DNA from: an uncultured Actinomycetota bacterium
GTDB lineage: Bacteria; Actinomycetota; Actinomycetes; Propionibacteriales; Nocardioidaceae
Assembly: GCA_963781575.1 (NCBI GenBank)
Contig: CAWAGM010000003.1
Span: 776 to 64,775, forward strand
Direction of reading: 5' to 3'
Length of the DNA stretch: 64,000 nucleotides
Shown here: piece after piece, positions 57,218 to 64,000 of the stretch
Layout of the letters: each line of letters opens with the position of its first letter
Position numbering within the stretch: position 1 is the first letter of the stretch
Notes under the pieces: model-generated
Told to the model about the DNA's origin: nothing
The model's input: only the letters and a program-made list of their open reading frames with translations
The model's database searches: none
Made by a program: the position numbers and the translations under genes

Positions 57218-59167
57218 ATGTCGGACGGCGATGCAAGTACCTACCCACATCTGCTGCGTCCGGGTCGGATCGGCACCCTCGAGATCCGCAACCGCATCGT
57301 CATGTCGCCGATGGAGACCCTGTACGGCACGCCGGAGGGATTGCCGTCGGAGCGCACCCGCGCCTACTTCGCCGCGAGCGCCGCTGGCGGGGTCGGGCTG
57401 ATCACGGTCGGCGCGACCGGCATCGACCACCTCCACCCCGAGACGCCGAGCGGCCTGCACATCGCCACCGACGAGAGCGTGGCCGCCCACCGCGCACTGG
57501 TGGAGGAGGTGCACGCGCATGGGGCGAGGATCCAGCCGCAGATCGTGCACGCCGGCCCTGACGGCCTCGGGCCGGAGATGTTCGGCGTCGAGTCGCTCGG
57601 CCCGTCGGTGATCCAGTCCTACCTCACCGGTCGTGCATCCGCCGAGATCTCGGCGACCCAGTTCGAGCAGGTGCTCGATGCCTATCGCGCCGCCGCGACG
57701 CGGGTGCGCGTCGCCGGGTACGACGGCCTCGAGCTGCACGCCGCGCACGGCTACATGCTGCTCGGCTCGTTCCTCGCGCCCCAGCGCAACCGGCGCAGCG
57801 ACGGCTACCGAGGCTCGTCGGTGCGCGGCCGGTGGCGGGCGGTGCTCGAGGCCCTGGCCGCCATCCGCTCCGAGGTCGGCGCCGACTTCCCGATCACCCT
57901 GCGCGTCTCGGGCTACGAGCGCGTCGCTGGCGGGCGGCCGTCGTACGAGTTGGCTGCGCATGGCGCCGCAGCTGGTTGCTGCCGGGGTCGACGCCTTCCA
58001 CGTCAGCGGCGGAGTGATCGACCGCTACGTGACCCAGATGGTCAACGGTGCGGCTGCCGGCGACGGTCCGAACATCGGTGCGGCCGCGGCAGTCCGTGAG
58101 GTGGTCGACGTCCCGGTGATCGCGGTCGGACGGTTGCACGACCCCGCCCTGGCCGAGCGAGTGCTCTCCGAGGGGCGAGCTGACTTCGTGGCCCTCGCCC
58201 GACCGCTGTTGGCAGATCCCGACCTGCCACGCAAGCTCGCCAGCGGGCAGGGGCACCGAGTGAGGCGCTGCATCTCGTGCGAGAACTGCATCGACGCGAT
58301 GGAGATCCGGTTCTCGGTCGACTGCGCCATCAACCCACGCACCGGTCGCGAGCTGGAGCTGGCGGCCACGCCCGGCCGACACCCGACGTCACGTAGTCGT
58401 GGTCGGTGGCGGGCCTGGCGGTCTGGAAGCAGCGCGGACGGCGGCCGAGCGCGGCCATCGGGTCACGCTGCTCGAGCAGGGCAGCAGAGCTCGGCGGCAA
58501 CCTGCGCTGGGCATCGATCGTCCATCCGGCGAACGCATCGTTCCTCGCACACCTGCTAGCGGAGGTCGCTGCCTCGGACGCCGAGATCCGCCTCGGTCAG
58601 ATGGCCACAGCCGAGTCCCTGGCTGCCCTGTCCCCTGACGCGATCGTCGTGGCGACGGGTGGGCGCCTGGTCGAGCCGGAGGTTCCAGGACGCGAGCACG
58701 CGCACGGCCTGCTCGAGGTCGTGCGCGACGACGTCGTGCTCGCACGCCGGGTGGCGATCGTGGGTGGCAGCCTGGCCTCCATCCAGCTCGCCGAGCACCT
58801 CGCGGGTCGAGGGCACGTCGTGACGGTGCTCGAGGCCGGCGAGACGGTCGCACCCGAGATCGGCTGGAAGCGCAAGACCGAGCACCTCGACGTGCTGGAC
58901 CGCCTCGGCGTCACCGTGCACACCGAGGTGCTCGTCGAAGGGTTGGTCGCCGAAGGGGTTCGCTTCACCCCGGCCGGTGGGCCGTCGCGCCTGCATGCTG
59001 CCGACTCGATCGTGGTGGTCGGGACCGTGCAACCCGATCTGGCCCTGCATGCCGAGATCGTGGCCGCCGCGCCCGGCGTGCCGGTGACCGCGGTGGGCGA
59101 CTGCGCCGAACCCGGCCTCATCCAGAAGGCAGTGCTCGACGGCGCCCGAGCCGGCACCCTGGCCTGA
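57218..59167 (+). CDS. NADH:flavin oxidoreductase, OYE/2,4-dienoyl-CoA reductase type with Fe-S and FAD domains (frameshifted)
   Basis: NRIVMSPM, ELHAAHGYML, CISCENC...CAINP, VVGGGPGG. Confidence 0.88.
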
Positions 59168-59183
59168 GCGGCAGGATGGGTGC

Positions 59184-60130
59184 ATGGACGCCACCCGCTT
59201 CCCCACCCTGGACCCCGAGCTCGCCGGCCTGGTCTCCGCGTTGCCCGACATCACGAACGCCCTGGACGACATCGAGAGCGCCCGCACCATGGTCGCCGGC
59301 ATGGTCGGCAGCGGAGCGGACGCGCCCGGGGAGGAGCTGCTCACCATCACCGACGAGGTACTGCCCGGCACGCCTGACGTCCGGGTGCGCGTCTACCGCC
59401 CCCGCGAACCGGCAGCCGAACTGCTGCCCGGCTTGCTCGACATCCACGGTGGCGGCTTCGTGCTCGGCAGCGTGGAGATGGAGCACGCCAACGCGGTGGC
59501 GCTCGCAGCACGGCTCGGCGTGGTGGTGATGAGCGTGGAGTATCGCCTCGCCCCTGAACATCCCTATCCAGCCGGACTCGAGGACTGCTACCTCGCGCTC
59601 CAGCACCTGGCCACGCGGCTCGGCGTCGACCCGACGCGCGTCGCCGTCCACGGCCAGAGCGCGGGTGGCGGGCTCGCGGCGGCGGTCGCCCTGCTCGCGC
59701 GCGACCGAGGGCGGCCCTCTCTGTGCTTCCAGGCCCTCGGCATCCCCGAGCTCGACGACCGGCTCGACACTCCCTCGATGCACGCCTTCACCGACACCCC
59801 CATGTGGAGCCGCCACCAGGCCGAGCGCTCCTGGGAGCTCTACCTGGGCGGGCGCGCAGCCGACCAGTACGCCGCTCCGGCCCGAGCCGACGACCTCAGC
59901 GGACTGCCACCTGCGTACGTCGTCACGTGCGAGCTCGATCCGCTGCGCGACGAGGGCCTCACCTACGCGATGCGTCTGCTGGCTGCTGGCGTCTCCACCG
60001 AGGTGCACTGCTACCCGGGCACGTTCCACGGCACGACGATCGTGCGCGAGGCCGCCGTCGTGAAGCGGATGGAGGCCGAGCTCTTCGGGGCCTGGGGCGG
60101 GCGCTCGCTATCGGGTCACCCGGACCTTGA
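59184..60130 (+). CDS. HSL-family esterase/lipase
   Basis: HGGGF, YRLAPEHP, GQSAGG, DPLRDEG, PGTFHG; 3' end frameshifted. Confidence 0.88.
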
Positions 60131-61762
60131 CGCTGCCGCGCCGCACCTTGAAGGCACCAACAGCACGCACAGATCGGAGCCCGACGTCGCGACCCGTTGC
60201 AAAGCTCACCCGGTAGCGGCCGGACTTTCCCGCAACGGCGTTCCGGGGGCTGACCCGACGGCCCTTGAAGTACACGGCAACGGACTCACCTCGCGCGAGA
60301 CCGCGAACCGTCACCGAGCCGGTTGCCTGGGCGCGCACGGTCCGCTCCTGCAGTTTCAGGTCGAGCTGGTCTCGACTCACCACTCTCAGGACGGCGGACG
60401 CGGTGTTGTCGCCACGCTTCTCAGTGATGGTCACAAGGTGCCGTCCCTGGCTGTACCCCGGCGGAATGCGAAGCCGCCCACGCGCACTTCCGCGATCTGT
60501 CGTCAGCCCCGACTTCACCACCCTGCGGCCAAGCATGATCGTGTAGGCCCGCCGGGCACCGAGCCCGTGGGCCGAGAACCTGATCCGCCGTCCGGCCAGG
60601 ACCAGCTTCGTCGGCGCGGAGACTGGTGTTGACTGGGCTAGCGGCACCCGCCGTTTCAGCACGCGTAGCTGTGGCCGCCTGCCCGGTCCAGGACTGCAAT
60701 GCCTCAAAGGCTGGCTTTGCTCGAAAGTCCGCGCGGAGCAAGCCGAGATTCGCCTCATAGTCATCGGGGTCTTCACTTAGCCCAGGCGTGTTCCGGAAGT
60801 TGTACCAAAACGCCGCCTCGACGTACGGGTACGACTCATTCACCTTGTCCAAGGCCGCGACCATGTAGCGGGCTTGCTCGTGCTCGCTGACGCCGTAAGG
60901 GCCTGAAGAGGTCGACCAGCCGAACTCAGTCAGCCAGATGGGCTTGGCCGCGTCACCATTGGCCACCATGACGGCTCTGACTTCCTCGATGCTGCAAAAA
61001 GCTTCTTGGCCAGTTGCGCTCGCCCAGGTTCTGTCCAGCACGCGGTGGGGTCGACTGACCCGGTGTAGGGGTGGACCGCCACGACGTCGAAGTACGTGCC
61101 AGCGCCGGCTTGGTAGAGCTTGGCCAGGTAGTCGTAGTCACTCCTGGAGAGGCCACCCAGGACCACGGTGGCTGACGGATCGGCGCCTTTGATGGCAGCG
61201 TAGGCCGGCTCGAGCAACCTCGCGTAGTGCGCGGCGTTCGGACCAGATGGCCAGAACCGTTCAAGGTTGGGCTCGTTCCACACTTCGTAGGCGTGAACGC
61301 CCAGCGAGCTGTAGCGCTTCACGATCGCACTCACGAAGTCGGCGTAGTCCAACGGGGTGTGCGGCCGCCAGTACTGATTCCAGTGTTCGCCCGAGGCGTC
61401 GCGAAACTTCGCCGGATCCGCCGAAGCCCAAAACGGAACCCCGTCAGCGATCGGCATCAGCACCGCAATTCCGGCTGCGCGGGCGCTGGTCACCGCATAG
61501 TCGACCTCGCGAAGCCAACCCTGGTTCAGAACCCCCTTTCGCGAGGGCTCTCCCCCGCTCCAGCTCATGTTGGCGCGCACCATCTCGACTCCGGCACTGG
61601 CCATTCGCGCGACGGTGCGATCGATCTCAGCTCGCGACGTACCCCACGTGATGTCCGCTACCGCCCCGACGTCGAGGTCGGACGGGCCCGCTGTCGCGGT
61701 CGAGGAACAGCAGCCGTCGCCGACGAAACGAAGTCGCCTGATCCGACTGCCAGCGTCACCAT
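60108..61762 (-). CDS. Clan GH-A glycoside hydrolase (GH5/GH39-like) with basic beta-rich C-terminal domains; frameshifted, 5' truncated
   Basis: YEVWNEPN acid/base, VAVHPY, IWLTEFGW nucleophile; more AT-rich codons. Confidence 0.75.
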
Positions 61763-61770
61763 GGCCACGG

Positions 61771-61944
61771 CGCTTCATCGACTCCATGGCCCGCCGGGCG
61801 GACGGCACCGTGATTGCTCCGGAGAGCGACGACCTCGGCGCCGCCGTGGTCGGGTCCTACCTCGGCTCCCGCGGCCCGAAGGATCGGTCCGGGCCGGGGT
61901 CCTACGGCGACTGGTTCGGTGGCCGGGGGTTCTGGGTCGGCTGA
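61771..61944 (+). pseudogene. Orphan 3' fragment of a VWA-domain gene (Rv0959-like)
   Basis: RFIDSMARRADGTVIAPESDDLGAAVVGSYL...FWVG* resembles the recalled Rv0959-family C-terminus; no upstream coding region. Confidence 0.55.
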
Positions 61945-61966
61945 TCCTCGCGGTCGGTCCAACTGA

Positions 61967-61996
61967 AGTCGTCCGGTCACTCTCAGTCGGACGACT
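61967..61996. repeat. Palindromic repeat, left copy
   Basis: AGTCGTCCG...CGGACGACT arms; 61973-61995 is 22/23 identical to 62985-63007. Confidence 0.75.
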
Positions 61997-62058
61997 ATGC
62001 CCTTGTCCTTGTGGAGGAGCGACTTTCCTCGGGGCGTCAGTGGGGCACCATCGCGGGC

Positions 62059-62980
62059 GTGGCTGGCGAGCGGTGGCGTGAGGTTGCTGCCGGTCAGTGC
62101 GGGCTGATCACCCGCGCACAGCTCGCCGCATGCGGTTTCGATCGTTGGATGGTTGCGCACCGGGTCGTCACGAGCGCTCGGTACGAGTTGGCCCCCACTG
62201 TGATCGCTACGACGACCGGCGAGCTGACCCGACTGACGGATGTGGCTCGGCGTACTCGCCGGTGGGCCGGATGCGATCGTCGGCGACCTGACCGCTGCCG
62301 AGATCCGAGGTCTGCGCAACTGGCATCGCGACGACATCACGATCCTCGTTCCCAAGAGTGCGGTTCGGGTCGACGAGCCGCCGGGCATCCGGTTCGCCGA
62401 GACGCGCCGCCCGCTGCGTTTGCTCCGAGGCCACGTCGCCGGACTTCCGACGTGCCTTCTCGAGCCCGCGGTGCTGCACTTCGCCGCCTATCAACGATCC
62501 ACGCGCACGGCCGAGGGGGTGCTGGCCGCCGTGGTCCAGCAGCGACTGACCACACCCGTGGAGCTGCTCGCTTGGATCGATCGGATGCGGCCCCTGCGGT
62601 GGGCCAAGCGCTTTCGTCGAGCGCTCGGCGAGATCGCCGGAGGGGCACAGTCCGTTTCGGAGCTGGATGTCCGTCGGATGTGCCGTGCCTACGGGCTCGA
62701 GCCACCGGTGCGCCAGAGGAAACGTCGCGATGCCGCCGGTCGGCTGCGATTCACCGACTGCGACTGGCGGCTCGGCGACGGCCGGGTCCTCGTCCTCGAA
62801 GTCGACGGCGGCTTTCACATGGAAGTCGAGCACTGGGAGGACGACCTGGCTCGCCAACGGGCCCTGACGACGTCCGACCGGGTCGTCGTACGGTGCACCG
62901 CACGGGAGCTGCGCGACGACCCCGCCGCCGTTGCGCGCGACCTGCGCAACCTTGGTGTGCGGTCGTCCGAGTCAGCGTGA
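62059..62980 (+). CDS. AbiEi-like N-terminus + DUF559/Vsr-like nuclease domain protein (frameshift near 62235)
   Basis: Q.GLITRAQL N-terminus; AQSVSE, FTDCDW, LEVDGGFH...D..R...L, VVRCT. Confidence 0.78.
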
Positions 62981-63008
62981 CCTCCCGGTCACCCTCAGTC
63001 GGACGACC
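62961..63008. repeat. Palindromic repeat, right copy
   Basis: GGTCGTCCGA...GTGACC-TCCC-GGTCAC...TCGGACGACC hairpin spanning the stop codon. Confidence 0.75.
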
Positions 63009-63041
63009 CGTGCAGGCGACGCGATCCGCGCACCCCCGACA

Positions 63042-63828
63042 ATGGGGGCGATGTCGATCCCACTCTGACCGTCCTCGTCCTGCTCGGGTCGGCCGCGCTG
63101 GCGGCCGGGTTCGTGGACGCCGTGGTCGGTGGCGGCGGGCTGATCCAGCTGCCGGCGCTGCTGATCGGTCTCCCCGGGGCCGCGCCGGTGCAGGTCCTCG
63201 CCACCAACAAGGTGGCGTCCATCTGCGGTACGTCGGCGGCCGCGGCGACGTACTACCGCCGGATTCGGCCGGACCCGCGCACTTTCGGCCCGCTGATGGT
63301 GTGTGCCCTCGTCGGATCCTTCGCCGGCGCCCTGGTCGCCTCGCAGATCCCACGTCGAGGCGTTCGGCCGATCGTGCTCGTCGTCCTCGTCGTGCTGGGC
63401 GCCTATGTGGTGCTCCAGCCCGACCTCGGCGAGGAGACCCTGCTGCGGTTCGCCGGCCGCCAGCACCTGGCCGCGGCGATGGCGGTCGGTGCGGTGATCG
63501 GGTTCTACGACGGCGCGCTGGGTCCCGGCACCGGCAGCTTCCTGGTGTTCGCCCTGGTCGGGCTGCTCGGCTACGACTTCCTCGAGGCCTCGGCCAAGGC
63601 GCGGCTGGCGAACTGGGCCACCAACCTCGGTGCCCTGCTCCTGTTCATCCCGACCGGGGCGGTGCTCTGGAAGGTCGGTCTGCTGATGGGTGCCTGCAAC
63701 CTCGCCGGCGGCTACCTCGGTGCGCGGACCGCGGTCGACAAGGGCGCTCGGTTCGTCCGGGTCTTCTTCATCGTCGTCGTGTCTGCGTTCATCGTGCGGA
63801 TCGGCGGCGACGTGTCGGTGTCTGGTGA
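63042..63828 (+). CDS. TauE/SafE (TSUP) family transporter (frameshifted)
   Basis: AGFVDAVVGGGGLIQLPALL, LATNK, GFYDGALGPGTGSFL. Confidence 0.85.
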
Positions 63829-63898
63829 GGCCGGCGTCGTAGGCCAGCGTCGTAGGTCGGCGTCGGTTCGGCGCCGTAGGTCGGGCCTAGGTTGGTCG

Positions 63899-64000
63899 GT
63901 GACCGGTCTGGATCACCGCGTTCCTCGACTTCGCCCCCGAGCGCTTCGAAGAGGGTTTCGGTTCTGCCGTGGCGACCGAGTACGACCTCAGCACCCGCCG
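63899..64000 (+). CDS. 5' end of probable VOC-family protein (runs off window)
   Basis: WITAFLDFAPERFEEG after a TAGGTT -10. Confidence 0.35.
   Translation, partial: MTGLDHRVPRLRPRALRRGFRFCRGDRVRPQHPP

Noticed and set aside
62059-62980. Complete type IV AbiE toxin-antitoxin system
   Set aside because: No adjacent AbiEii nucleotidyltransferase gene.

Overview
High-GC actinobacterial chromosomal window; gene content and order suggest a Nocardioides-like organism (inference). Housekeeping genes include uvrB, ligB, dxs, acnA, fadA2-fabG4-htdX, tesB and a cardiolipin synthase. Lipid/steroid-related loci are a complete mce operon, a CYP51/CYP123-like cluster, and two KstR-box-controlled units. 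Many genes, including acnA, carry single-base frameshifts, most likely long-read assembly errors, so many coordinates are stitched and approximate. Readable regulatory sites: KstR, LexA, PafBC, CRP, TamR-like, IdeR-like and two local TetR operators. The most interesting candidate is a two-hairpin small RNA just after the mce operon whose two G-rich loops are complementary to two C-tracts in that operon's 5' leader. Also notable are an AbiEi/DUF559-type gene flanked by palindromic direct repeats and a rearrangement junction fusing a truncated glycoside hydrolase gene to an orphan VWA-gene 3' end. No rRNA, tRNA, CRISPR array or transposase was seen.
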